The position numbers were made by a program, and so were the translations under genes. DNA of 50,548 bases from Barthelona sp. PAP020. Its lineage: Eukaryota. Of the stretch, positions 9,101-24,100 are shown piece after piece (the first letter of the stretch is position 1; each line of letters starts with the position of its first letter). Below the pieces are notes generated by a model, which was not told the DNA's origin, did not search any database, and saw only the letters and a list, made by a program, of their open reading frames with translations. Where the stretch lies: the NCBI GenBank assembly GCA_040182905.1, contig JARQWU010000044.1:1-50548 (forward strand). Direction: 5' to 3'.

Positions 9101-12100
9101 AGAATATCAATTGTGAATTTGCCTTGACAGTCATGTTGCCATAATTGGATAATGCAATGTAGTTTCCAAACAAACCATTAGTATTAACCACTAACTCACC
9201 ATAATTGACCATGCTACCAACACCTGATATGTAAATTGTGTTTGTAACTGTACAAACACTGTCTTTCAATATCGTAATTACAGAACCAGAGAGTAAATTG
9301 AAATTGCCTGCTTGCAATGAACAAGACAAACCATCAATGTTCAAATACATTCTGCTCAAAGAAACAGTACCTTCAACGGTAATGTCGCTAACAGTGAGAT
9401 TGGTTCTTGAACCACCAGTACTTTCAATTGCAGCACCTGCCTTCAAAGTCAATTTATTGACTGTTGACACCAATGAAGTGGGATAACTAATCTTACCTCC
9501 ATTGTGAATTTCAACAGTTTCCAAATCAATACCAAATGTGGGCTTCAAAGTAGATTGAAGAACCAAAGGAACAGAAGCAATAACATTAAATTGCCCACCA
9601 GTTAGTATCTTGTGTTCACTTCCAGTTAACAATAATTGTGTTGCAGATCCACCAACAGAAATCTTACCACTGATAATTGAATGTTCATCCAATTGAACCG
9701 TACCATCAGTGACAATCAATTCCCCAGAAATTTCAGAAGCAGGTAATAACAAAGATCCAGCAGTATCTTTTCTAAGAGTTCCTTCAATAAGAATCTTACC
9801 ATTGTCAGAAACACCAAATTGTGCATCAGTTTCTGTTAAAGAAATAACAGCACCAATACCAATAGCCAATTTAGCATCATCTGAAATTTTAATACCTGTG
9901 TTTCCAATGCTGCGTGTACTATTCAAAGACAATACAGCGTTGTCACTGACAAAACGAGGACCAGCACCAACCAAATTAATTTCTCCAGGTGTTTGAACTG
10001 AACTGTCACCAGTGATGTTGGTTTGAGTCCATGTGAAATTGTTGCATTGAAGAATACCTTCTCCCTTTACAATACCGTCATCCAAAAGACATTTTCCTAC
10101 TGTACCATTAGTTTTATCAGATAAAACAATAGTTCCGCTGGCTGAAAGTTGTACTTGATCAATATATGAAGTACCACCTTCAACAAATTCAAGACGACCA
10201 TTTTCTATGGTTAGAATATCGACTGGATTGTGGAAAGTTGCGTTATCAAGTGATAAAGCACCTGACTTGAAATCAAATCCTTGAGAACAGCTCATTTGAG
10301 CATCTTTGATATTCATTGTACCTTGGAGTTCAATTGGTTGAGTAACAGTAAGATCAACATGTTCACCACTGAAAACATGGAAACCACTTCCAAGAATAAG
10401 TTTACCATTGATGTTTTCAGTTCTTGTGTGAATTGAATCTCCTCCTAATGTCAAACTATGAGCAGTAAGAGTCAAATTACCATAATTATTCAGTTCATTC
10501 AAGGTAACATCACCAACAGGGTCAATATATAATTCACCATAATTGGTCATTGTTGGACAACTGCCAATAATTTCATTTTCAATGGCTCCGTTGATTGTCA
10601 AATTAGCTGAAGGATTCACAAAGATGGATGAACAATCATCTTGAATGATGTTACCATCTTTCCAAACAACATTACCGTCAATAGTGAGATTAATGTTGCT
10701 CTTCAATTCTTTGGCAACAGCACCAAAGATTTCACCAGATTTAACAACAACAGATCCATATCCAGTCATATAGCCTTCATTACCCCAATCAAGTTTGTTT
10801 AAAGTCAATAAATCATCAGATTTAATAACACCATAAGTGGCATTCAAATAATCAATGGTTGTATTACCATAATTGGTAACTTGTGAGCTACTGCCAATCA
10901 AAGTGACATTTTGTGCAACAATAACAGCACCTTCACTTACTTCAATTCCGGAGTTCTCATGAATATTAATATTGTTCACAATATAAGTATATGTACTTCC
11001 ATCTGTGGGTCTCATAAACTTGGCAACACCAGATTTAACATCCAACAAAGCACTTGGCATACCAAAAGGCACATCAAGAATCAAGTCAGAATTGTCTTCA
11101 ACAACAAGTCCATTGGAACATCTGAAATCAGACAAAGTAATTTTGGTCAAAGTCTTTCTTACAATACCAGTACAATCTCCATTTATAGTTCCAGTACCAA
11201 CAAGTCTACCACCATCAAAAATAATATCACCTGATGTTTCAATTTCACCATTAACGGTTAAATATCCACCATTGAGAGTGACTGTAGACAACTTAGTCTT
11301 ATTCTCAGCATAAACATAACCATTGTTGAGAATAAGTTCTTTGAAAGTAGCAGGATTATTGCTGATTGGTTCAGGATAAATAGTTAAACTACCAGAATTA
11401 ATGACAAGAGAGATAGTATCAGCAACAATCTTTGAATCATCATGTTCTAAAGTCACGGTTCCATCATCAACCTTAATTTCTTTGACAGTTAATTGTCCCT
11501 TGATATTTAATATGGTATTTTCACCATCAACAGAAATAATACCATTGCCATCACCTAAGACATCTGAGAACAAATCATGAGAACCACCAGAATAACGCAG
11601 TTCACCACCATTGTTCAATCTTAATTCACCAGATGATAAATCAGATAAAGTTTCAAAAGCAACAATACCACCAGCAATATCAATTATACCGTTATTGGAA
11701 ATACCACCAAGAGTAGTGGTACCAGCAACAACTTTCTTCAAAAGACCTTCATTGATGAACCCAAAATGTCCTGCATTAGATGTGAAAGATGAATCACTCA
11801 ACAACTCAAAAGTTCCATAATTGATGAAAGATCCAGTGGTAGCTTGAATGTCACCTTGTCTCCAATAACAATTTCCATAACTGATGAAAGATAAACCTTC
11901 AAGAACAACACCTTCTTCACTCAAAGTAATATCCAGTGTGGTTTGAACAGTAACATTTGCACCAATGGAAAGATATCCACCATTCCAAACGAAATTATCA
12001 GCGAAAATTTGTCCAACACCCTGAACTTGACCTCCAACAAGAGTCATGCTTCCCTTGACATCAAAGTCATCAGAAAGACCAAGAATACCATTGGCAACAC

Positions 12101-15100
12101 GAATGGAACCAATAGTTTGATTGACGCTAGAGGGATCATCTTCAAAAGTGACAGTACCTCCATTGATTTCAAAGTAAGGATCAGTGGCAGTACAATCAAT
12201 AAATGAAGAAGTAACATAAACTGAACCACTTTGAACAACAACATCAGTATCAATGGAACTACAATTAGCGAACTCAACAATAGATGAAGACAAATAAGGA
12301 TTGAGTGTTATGTTGTAGAAATGAGCATCTTCGAAGATGAACTTACCATTTGGAATGAATACAGTACTATCATTACCATTGAGTGAACCCTTAATGGTTG
12401 CTTCATCTGTAAATGTCAATGAGCCACTAGTAATATTCACATTAGAACCACTATAACCATAGAAATTGGAAAGAATGCAACTACCACTTGTGACTAATGT
12501 TCCTTTGAGAATGAAACAATGAGAAGCATCAACTACCAATTCAAAATCATCCCCAGAATTAACAATACCTTGAGAACGAACTTCAATAGATGAACTGGAC
12601 ATCACAATAAATTTGTTACCAGGTAAATTTAAAGTACCATTGACATAGAAAATAGGGCCATCCAAAGTGTTACTGCTAATTGTTGCAACAGCATTGTCTA
12701 AAACGTATATTTTCAGAGCAATATCCAAAGATATGTATTGTTCATAGTTGTTGTTCACATAAATTATTGAATTTTCAGGCAATTCAAATAATACAGCACT
12801 TGCTATTTGAAGGTTATCAATTGTTAATGTAATTGGATTATAATCAGCAAATTGTACTCTACCGCCATTGAAAGTCCAACTCTTTGCAGTCACAGTTCCA
12901 GTAGGTAAGGTTAAAATACCAGCATTTACAGTAATTTGACTGGAAATGTTAGTTGATTCAACAACAACACGTGCTAAAGTATCATTAAGAACAAAACCTA
13001 ATTCAGGATTAAGAAGACTGATTTCACCAGAAATAGTGATATCAGCTTCATAAACACTGACCAAACCATTTCCAAACAGATTGACATTGTTATCAAATAG
13101 AAGGTTAGAAGCACTAGTATCAATACGTAATTCACAAGAAGTGTTTACTTCAATGTTTCCTGATAATAAAACATTACTTTCGAGAATCAAAAGTCCAGAT
13201 TTGCATGACATACCATTATTAATCGTGAATCCCCATTCCAAATGTGTTTCATAAGAACCATCAACAATAACAGTACCATCAACAATAATTTCATTAGAAG
13301 ATCCGTACAAGGTTTGAACAGTAGGATGAGCAAACTTCAAAGAAGCAGCTTCACGAATATAAATTGTCGCTGTGCCATCAGAAATGATGACACCATCTTC
13401 AATGGCAAATACACCTTCATGCATGTTCAAAACTGGATTCAATTTCAAATTGATTGAACCAGTCAATGTAAAATCTTGTGTAATATTCAAAGTAGCAGCA
13501 GACAATACACCATTAGTCCATTCAAGACTCTTGGTGTGAATAAAACCATCTCCTGAGATTTTACCACCATTCATTGTTAATAAATTACCAATGTAAAGTG
13601 GTTCTTTCACCTCAATGATACCATTCATTATTTGTAAGTTGTTATCAATAACAAGAGATGCGTCTAATGTTTCAACTTCAGCAGTAGCACCAAGCATGTT
13701 AATAGATCCAATATGATACACATTTCCATCAGAACGATCTTCAAATTTGATGGTACCACCGGATAATGAAACAGCACCAGGACAACTCATAGTGTTTCCA
13801 AACCAAAGAATACCTCCTTTGAGATTAAGTCCAATTGAAGAAGATAATCCTAATGCACCTTCAATGTAAAGATATCCACTCTCCAAAATGACGGTACCAG
13901 TTCCACTCAATGAACCTTCAGTTGTAATATTATGATTATAAGCAGGAAGCACTAATTCAGCATCACCATTGATGGTAATGTTACCAGAAGATATGGTGCT
14001 TGTTGCAAAAACTATATCACCATTAGAGCAATTGAAAGTGTTTGTGTTGTTCAAACTCCACAACAAAGTGAATTTACGGGCAACATCCATAGTAAATTTA
14101 CCGTTATTTTCAAGATAACAATCTGAAGATATATCACAACCAAAAGTGAATGTTGAAGCACCAGAGCTGAACAATATTTCTCCAGAAGGATGAACAATCA
14201 TATTTGCGATCATGTTTGGTGGTACAGTAATATCACCAATGAGGGGTGTAAAGTATCCATAAACATTGATTGTAATATTGTCTTCAAAACGCAAATTACC
14301 TTGAACTTTCATATTGCCTTGAATATCTAAGATAACATCATCTTTAATTCTACCACCTTTCCAAAGAAGGAGAGTTTCAACATTTAAAGTTTTGTTTCCT
14401 TTAATTGTAATACCAGAAATATCACCATTGACAATATTGATATCATTTGTAAGTTCCAAAACACCACCTTGTGAATTGAATTGAGTTACGTTGACTTTGT
14501 GATAAGGAATAATTGTACCTTCACGAAGTAAAATTTCAGCAACGGAATAAGGTGAAATATCAGCTCTAAGTTCAAATGTTAACACTGCATCCGTATGTTT
14601 CAAAGCAAGGGGAGTATCCACATCTGCTTTCAATTCAAAAGCATTAGCACATCTTAAAGTACCATCCAAAATGGTAGCTGTAGCACCACTTTCCAACCAT
14701 AAAGGTAATGAAACCAAAACTGAAGCTTTACCTTCGACAGTAAATGTGAAGGCTCCTTTAATATAACTAGAACCAGTGACTTCACCACCAACAAGTTCCA
14801 ATTTAGTTGAAACATAAAGAGGTTCTTGAATTGTTGCAACACCAGATGTAATACGGAAGTTTGAGGTATAAAGAGGAGCAAAAACGTTCAAGTTACCACC
14901 ACTGACATAGACTGTATTAATGGAGCAACTTGAATATTGAGGCAATGTAGTGTTTAAAATACCATCAACATATACAGGTAAATTGGAAGAAACACTACCA
15001 TAATCAGTGATCAACAATTCACCAGCAAGAGAAACATTGAATGTTTTTCCAGTGGCCATTCTGATGGGAGATTTCAAATAGAAAACATCATTGACAGTAA

Positions 15101-18100
15101 AATCTTTCATAAGTACTAATTCATTATTACCACTGATGTCAGAGTTTGTGTTCCATTGAAGTTCTTTGTTGATAGTTAACTCATCATTCAAAACGACAAA
15201 AGCGTCCAAAATGCTCAGTTTTTCAACAATCTTTGTGGGGCAATCAACTTGTAATATGGCAGTAGATTCTAATGTTAATTTAGGTAAAGTAACATAATTG
15301 GTTCCATCGCAACCTGTTGTGGTCATCTTCTTGGTAGCTTTTACTAACAAATCAGCAGCACCACTGAGAACAAATTGAGCGGTAGGATAAATATTTGAAT
15401 CGCTTAAGAATTCAATCACACCTGTTGAACCAACAGTTAAAGTTCCCTTGAATGTTGAAACATCGGTCAAAATTAATGTACCATCAATAACAGTTTGTCC
15501 ACTATTGCCAAATTCAACTACAGCATCAACATTAAATTGAGCACCTTCACTGACATACAGTAAACCATTATTAACTAAGCTTTCCGTTACAGTTAAAATA
15601 CCTGAACTAACATTCAATTTGTTAGTGATTTCAAGAACATCAATGAAAACAGTTGCTGAGAGGGTAACTTCACCAGAAACTGTGACGTTTCCAGTTCCAG
15701 ATGAACTAACATTGAAATTGCTATTAATTTCATTGGCAAAATCTGAATTGAATATAATAGTTGCACTGTCTAAAACGAAATTATGAGAATTACTTTCAAA
15801 CGAATTTGAAACTTCAATTACATTATTGGAGAATGTGACATCATCAAAAGCAACCAAATTTTCAATAATAGCATAAATTTCAGTAAACTTAGCATTGGTT
15901 CCAGAAACATAATTTTCAATATTAACAATAGCATCAGTTGAAGAAGTTGTAAGTTCAGCATTGTCAGCAATGTACAAATTGTCAACGTTCAATGTTCCTT
16001 TAATATCAGATGATTGACTTGCCATCAAATTCAAGTTTTCAATACTTGCAGTAACACCAACATCCATATTCAAATGAGTGTCAGAAGCAGTATCTGGAAC
16101 AAAGGTGAAGTTTTCACCAGTAATTCTCAAATTATTCTTCAAATTGATGATACCATACTTCCATTCGAAAGGCTGGTGTAAGATAAATTGCCCAGCCAAT
16201 GGTAAGGAATATGTTGTTTGTGCCATCTTCATTGTAACATTGTATATATTGGTAGTTAAAGAGTCATCAAATTCAATTGGCAAACTATTCCAGAAGGTAG
16301 CAAGCCCATTCATGAAATAAGCTGTAGAACTCATGATTAATCTTTCCAAGAATTGGACTTCACCATCAATCATGTAGAAAACATTGCTTGAATTGAAGTT
16401 TTCTAATTTTACGATGGCGCCAACATCAGCAAACACAGTGAAATTTTGTTGAGTATTCAACAAAGAATCAAGATCTGTTTTCAAATGACATATACCAGTT
16501 GAACAATTTATGGCAACATCTTTAACAGCTGTGGCAATAGAAGTACCTTCCAAATAGAAAATACCGCTATTGAAACTAACCTTTCTGTTGAAACTTACTA
16601 TAGTTGATGTCACAGTAAATGTGCTCAAACTTAAAGTGGATTCACAAGCGATGTTTAACACACCACCACCATAAATTGTACCTTTATTGAATAACGCACT
16701 AAATGTGACTTCAACAGAACCAATAATATTCATTGAACCATCTCTAAACCAGAGTTTATCAATTTGTAATTCACCATAAGAATTAACAACAGTGGTTGTA
16801 TCGTAAATGATGAGATTTTCAATTGTTTTTGTAGTAACAGCTTCACTCATGGCATTAATCACACCATTTTCAAGAAGATACAAAGGATTTTGCATATTAT
16901 CCACATGAGCACCACTCCACAGATTTAATTCACCACCAGAAACATTCAAATAACCATCATTGACTGACAATTTGGAGAATAGATTCAATTCTCCACCTAA
17001 CACAAGAACACTTCCATCGCTGATTAAATCACCTTGAGTAACATTCAAAGTACCAGTATTGACAATAATTTCAGCTTGTTGATTGAGTTGAATCAAACCA
17101 AGAGTTGATAAATCACCATCTAAGATCAATTTACCATCATTCAACAACAATGATTTGGTTGCAATAATGATGGCATCTTCAATTGTAACGTTAGCATCTG
17201 TTGTTTTCAGAATGACACCATTGAAGACAAATTGACAAGTGGTACAATCAACAGCAGATAATTTAGAAGAATTAGTGTTTTGAATATAGAAATTTGATCC
17301 ATCTTCAATCACAAATTCACCAGTAGTATCTAATTTAATATCACCATCATTAAGATAGGCAGTACCAGCCCTGACAATAACTTCACGGTCATATATTCTT
17401 CTGACACCATCACCATTGAAATTGAGAGTTGAAACAATAGTTTTACCATAGAAACCCTCTTGAGAACCATTTTTCCAATTATAAGTGTCAACGAAAATTT
17501 CAGATGCTTGTCCAGTAACCAATCCATTTAGATGATTTAAAGTGGTAATTTCTGCAACAGCTAAATCTGCAGCTTGGAAAATACCACCATCAGAAATTTC
17601 CATTTTGGTGATAGTACAAGTGGCTTGCTTCTCTAACTTAAGATAACTCAAAGCAGAAGTCAAATAAACATCAGGAATCAATAAAGTCTTATCTAATACA
17701 TAAGCAACTTTCATAATACCTGATTGAATATCAATTTTACTATCAGAAGCAAAAACTGTATCAGGATAAGCAGTAAGACTACTTCCAGGTCCTAAAAGAA
17801 CAGTAAAAAGACCAGAATATAAGAAATCACCACGTAAATTGGCAAAAACACTGTTTCCTTCAAACAAAAGATCAATAATTCCTGTAACCTTGAAAGGTCC
17901 ATTCTCTTCAAAAGTAAATGTTCCTTGTAGGAATTCAACTGCAGCAGGTAAATCATCAACACCACCTGTTTTAACGATATCACCAGAAATAGAACCACCT
18001 CCACGAAGTCTCAATTTAGCTTCAGGATAAAGATCAACTGTATTCATGGTAATAAACTTAGTGTATGAATTCAATTCAGAATAAACAACCAAATCCCCAT

Positions 18101-21100
18101 TGTTGATAAATGAAGCAGGTGTATTAGCATCAGTAAGAATATCATACACATCAGTACGAATTAGTAATGTGATACCACCATTAATTCTCCAAACAGCACC
18201 AAGATCAAGATAGATGAAACCACCTTCCATACCGACTTGATCTTCAAAAACAACAGTTCTGGAAGTGACATAATGATGATGACCAATAACATCAACTGTA
18301 GACTGGAAGATTAGATTTCCTTCTGAACCAGTTAATACAGTTTCATTCCAAATACTGTGTTGATTAGCTGTAACAGTACCTGATCCATCAAGAATACCGT
18401 CAATTAATCTGATTTCATTCTTAGCTAAAATACTGCCTTCAGAAACAATAGTACCATTGTTCAAAATAATACTTTGAGAAGACTGTAATTCAACACCAAA
18501 TTGAACATTGATGGTACCATTGTTTAATTTCAATCTGCAAATATTTACAACATTATCAACAGCATTGATTCCCTTGGAAATATCTAAAATACCATTTTCA
18601 ACAACATAATTGCCAAGACAATTGTTAATCGAAGCAGGTCCTTTCAAATATACAGTACCAGACTGTTGAACAATAGTAGCTTCATTCAAATTCATAGTTG
18701 CGGCTGAAACAAGAGTCATATTTGCCATGTACATTTCAACTTCACCACTAAAGGTGGCAGTTGATTGGAAATCAAAATATCCATTAACTAACTGAATGAC
18801 TGAACCTTCTTCAAAGATAGAAGAACCAGTAAATTCACCACCATTTTCAAGAATTAATTCACCAAAAGAAGTAATTTTGAGGAATCCACTCAAAACTAAT
18901 GAAGAAACTAAATGAACCTTTTCACTGACAATCAAATCACCACCAACAATGAAATCACCATCCATAGATATGGTACCTTCATTTCTGAAGAAAATATTGG
19001 AATCGGCAGAAGCCATAATTTGACCATCACTAGTGGCAATGACATCACCACCATCCCAGTACAAATCTCCAAGAGCAACTAATTTCTTATTTTGCCATGT
19101 CTTTGGATTATTTGTGGCCAAAGTGATAGTTCCATAAACAATAATTTGACTTAAATCAGTTAAAGATCCAGAATACCAATTGAAATTACCACTACTTACA
19201 GTAATATCACCATTATTGCTAATGGTACCACCTTGAACATTCAAATCACCACCAAGAATCAATGTCGTTAACAATAAATCTAATTGACCACCATACACTT
19301 CAACACCGTTCATAATATGCAAAACTGAATCTGATTTAATTGTACCATCATAAAGATACAATGAATCAACAATGAAAGGATTGGCTACAGTACCACCACT
19401 GAAAAGAGTTACACCACCCTTATTAGTGATAGGAATAGCAGAAATGAATCTTGTGGTAGATTGGAAAGTACATGAACCATCAAGAACCACCCATGAACCA
19501 ACATCAATGGCAGCTTCAACAACCACAGCAGAACCGTTTATTGTGATTAAACCTTCACCTTTAATGTCAAGATCTGTGGCCAAATGGGTACTATCAGCAG
19601 CAAATATTAACTCAGAAGTATCATAAACATTCACTAGACCATGTAAAATAACACCATCTTCTAAATAGAGATGAGTGTCATTGGCAATATTAATTACAGG
19701 TTGTAAATGTGGTTTTGTACTGAGGAAATTAGAATCAATAACCAATTCGAAATAGGCTTTTCCTGTAGAATTGAAATGCATTAAGTTGTAATTCTTAATC
19801 ATGGGACTGGAAGATTCAGGCGCACTCAAAACTAAATCAGGAGCAAATACTCTAAATTCACCGTAATTTGTAATAATAGGTGAATAAGCTAAATCAACAT
19901 TACCTTCGGTCCACAACCATTCAGCATTTTCTTGATTAATGAAACTGAGACAGTTGATATACTTTGTAGTTGTGGAATTCATGTATATTTGACCATAATT
20001 GACGAATTTCAATTGTCCACTGAGATAACCGGTTTCCCAGATCATTTGTTGTTCATTGTAAAGCCCACCATTTCCTTTGATAACACCAGCAATAATTTGT
20101 AACATTTCAAGAACAATAACATTGTATTGATTGATAGTGATACTTGCTGTTGGTTCATCAATGTATAAAGTGTTCAAAACTGTAAGAGAACCTAAAACAT
20201 TGACAGTACCATTGTGAACATAAATACTTCTGACTGTGAAACAATTATCTGCCTCAGAAACTGGTCTGTCAATCTTGAAAGTACCACCATACAAATAAAT
20301 AGTTGGACCATCACGAGTATCAGGATCACAACTACCAGATTGAAGAATCAAAGTAGCACCAGTATACAAATTATATGATGCAGGAGCTGCAGGAGCTTCA
20401 ATAGTACCCGAACCAACATCAATAGATGCACCTTTGGATACAATAGAACCACCAGACATATACAACTTTTCTTTACCAAATTCAATCTTACCTAATTCTT
20501 CAGCTTGCAGCAAACCAATTGAGAAACCACCTCCAACAAAAGTAGTAACACCATTAGAAATATTATAGACATTGTTATTTTCAATACTCCATTCTATTCT
20601 ATTTCTAGCATACTGATAATTAGTAGCGTTGAAAGGTTTCAACAAATCACAGTTACCTTTAGCAGCAAGAGGGAAAGGGAAATCGATAGTAGATTTCAAA
20701 ATGCTTCCATCTTCCTTGAAATCAACCCAAGCAACAAGATTTTCAACACGGCTATCATCGAAAGCAATATCATCATCACTTGCGAATGAAACCAAATCAA
20801 ATGAACTTAAAACACCATCGAAAATCTTGAAATCGGTAATTGTACCTTCAACATAACTTGTGATAATCTTCAAAGGATTGGAAGTTTGAATAAGTTCCCC
20901 TTCATTTTGAATACTTATAATAAGAACACCATTTTCATATAAACGAACAAAGATTTCATCAAATGTGATTGAATAGAAGACTTTTTGGTCATGTTTAGTC
21001 ATAGCTGCAGTACTACTGCTGGCGAAACATGGACTTCTTGAACAAGCACACCATCTGACGGTACTGTCAGTGACGGATTCAATACAAGTGGTTTGACCTC

Positions 21101-24100
21101 TAATAGAACTGTATCCTAAAGCATAGAACTCAGCATATAAAGTGTCTTCCCAACCTAAACCAGCAGTAAACTGATATGAAGAAGATGTTAAAATTCTTAC
21201 TCTTTGTAATGAAAGTATCATTGAGAATTCACCAAGAGTCAAATCTTCAGTACCTTCAAACAGTATTTCAGCTTCATTGAGATGTAAACCAGCAGAATCA
21301 AAGTAATAAGTGGATTTGGCACTTGAAATATATGCATCAAACTTAGGGGAATTGCAATAACCATCACTGTATTCAATAATGTTATTCAGTTTTGTAATGT
21401 TACCTTGATTACGAAGGGTGGATTTACCAGAACCTTTCAACAAATCTACATTACCAATGTCAAACAATGATAAGTTGGTGACATGAATCATGGCTCCAAT
21501 TTCACCATGAATGTGTCCTTCATTCCAAATAGCAGTACCATCAATCTTTAAAGTTCTTTCTTCAATGATTTTGGTATTTTCTGTGAAAAGACCATCATGA
21601 ACAATGGTAAAACCTTTTCCATACAAATTACCACTCTTCCAAACAAATTCACCAAAGAACTCAATAAGACCGTTACCAATTTGACTACCTTCTTCTCTTT
21701 GATATGCTTCACCATAAACCTTAGTTGTTTGAGCACTGTTAAGTTCACCACTTCCAAATAGATCAAATAATTCAGTAACTTCTAATGTAGCAGCAACTTT
21801 AACATTACCACCCTGAATGTTCAAAGAAGGAACAGAGAATTCATAGGATAAATCTTTGAATACAATGTTACCATCACTAATATTCATACCACCTAAAGAT
21901 GTTCCAAAGGCAAAATTCTTTTTAACTAAAAGATAACCATCTTCAACAACAACCCATCCACCATTAATTGTAGAAGTTGTTGTAACAGTAGAATCAGAAG
22001 AAACAAGTTTGACTGTACCACCACCACCAATTTCTGTGGTAGTTCTCAAAACGTGATTACCACTATCAAACAGAAGATAGGTTTCACCATCTACAACACG
22101 TAAGATAACATCACCACTAATGTCTGAATTATTAGCCAATCTTAAAGTACCCAGATCTACAACAATTGAAGCAATTTCTGTAAGAGTAAATTCTGCATCA
22201 AATATGGATTCAACTGTTTGATTGATGTTCAAAGTTTTGTTAACAATGATCTGGGACATTTCACCACTGACATGCTCAATCAAAGCATTATTTTGTAAAT
22301 TAATGTTGAATTCATTTTGAACAAGAAGTTTAGCCATATCTTTCAAACTGACATCACCACTCAACCAATTCAATTTTCCTTCAACTCTTAAAATAGTTGA
22401 TGAAATAGTAAATTCATCAGTTAAATCTATTTCTGATTCGTCCATGATAACAACAACACCAGCTTTGGTGATTTCACCCTTTGAAATATTCAAATGATTG
22501 TTTACCACAACAGATTTAGCAACCTCAAGAGTACCACCTGACAGAATCAAATTATCAACTTGAATATTTAAACATTTAGCATCACAAATACCAGTGTTGG
22601 AAACTTCCAGAATGGCAATGTCAAAATTAGCAGGTAATATTTCCAAACTTAAAATACCACTGTATACATTCAAGATACCATTACCACTAATTGTAGAGGC
22701 ACTGTCTAACAAAGTGAATAAACCAGCAAATATCAGATAACTATTTTCAGCAATAGTAATATCACAATTAATTGTCACTAAATTGGTGTATTTCAAATTA
22801 CCATTTATGATATTGATGGTTGCACCTGTATAAGCATTAAATTTACTGTTTATCATTGTTTCACCAATAATATCAATGTCAAGTTGACCATAATGTTCAA
22901 TTGGAATACCAAAATAGGAAGTTGTATCATTTGTCTCAAAAGTAAATGTAGCACCACTTTCAACAACAAATTTACCAATACTGAAAGAACTTTTCAAGTC
23001 AATGATACCATTTTCAAATGTGGCAGTAGATCCAGTCTTCAAAAGAATCTGAGGATTGTGCAAATCAAAACTGGTCTCATTGAAATGAATGTTGTGTGAA
23101 TTTTGTAACCAAATACCTAAACCATCAAAATGAATGCTTCCTTTTGTAGATTTCCAGAATTTAATATCTGAAGTAACAGCGATTTCATTGTCAAAAACAA
23201 AATCACCAGATTTAAATATAAATCCATGAGGCAAACTCATATCACGACTTGTAAATTCAACATATGATCCATCAAGTACAGTTGGGAATAGAATATCAGC
23301 ATCAAACAACACATTACCATCATTCATATTAATATATTGTGTTATACCAAAGTTACTGGTATAAATAACTTCTTTCATGTGCACATTACCACCACCAATT
23401 TCAAAAAGAACATCCGAAGTGGCAGCAGAATCAACAGTCCATTCATTGTTCAAATAGACTATATTAGAAGTGAATTTAATCAAAAGATTGATTGGATTGA
23501 CAGTTAAACCACTCATGAAATATGTTTTGGTGTTTCCAGCAATGGTCAAATAAGATGTTGTAGTTGCACCAATAAGTGAACCTTGCAATAGATGAACGCT
23601 ATCCATATTCCAAACAATATTTCCTTTACGCAAATCAAGAATACCACCATCAAGAATAATCTTTGAAGGATTGACATAAGTAGCGATAACATCAGTGCTG
23701 TATGACATCAAAAGAACGTATCCACCAGTGTAAATTGTTAATTGAACCGCACAATTCCAGCTGACTGAAGGATTGATTTGAACAGTACCATAAACATCCA
23801 AATTGAAATAACTAGAACCAGCATTCAAAATGACTTGAGTTGGACCTGGTGCCCAAGAAAGAGAACCTCCACTCTTGACAACAAAAGTGAAATCAGAATA
23901 GGCACTGAAAGAACCACTAACCCATGAAAAAGAACCAAAAATAGAAAGCTTTCCAGATTTAAAATTCTTGGTATAGTCATCATTTTGAATAGTGATATCA
24001 TCAACACTTAAATCAAATTCAGGATCTGCATCAATGGTTCCACAGAAATATTCAAATGTCGTCACAGTAAACTTAATTAAATTATCACCCTTCAATATGG

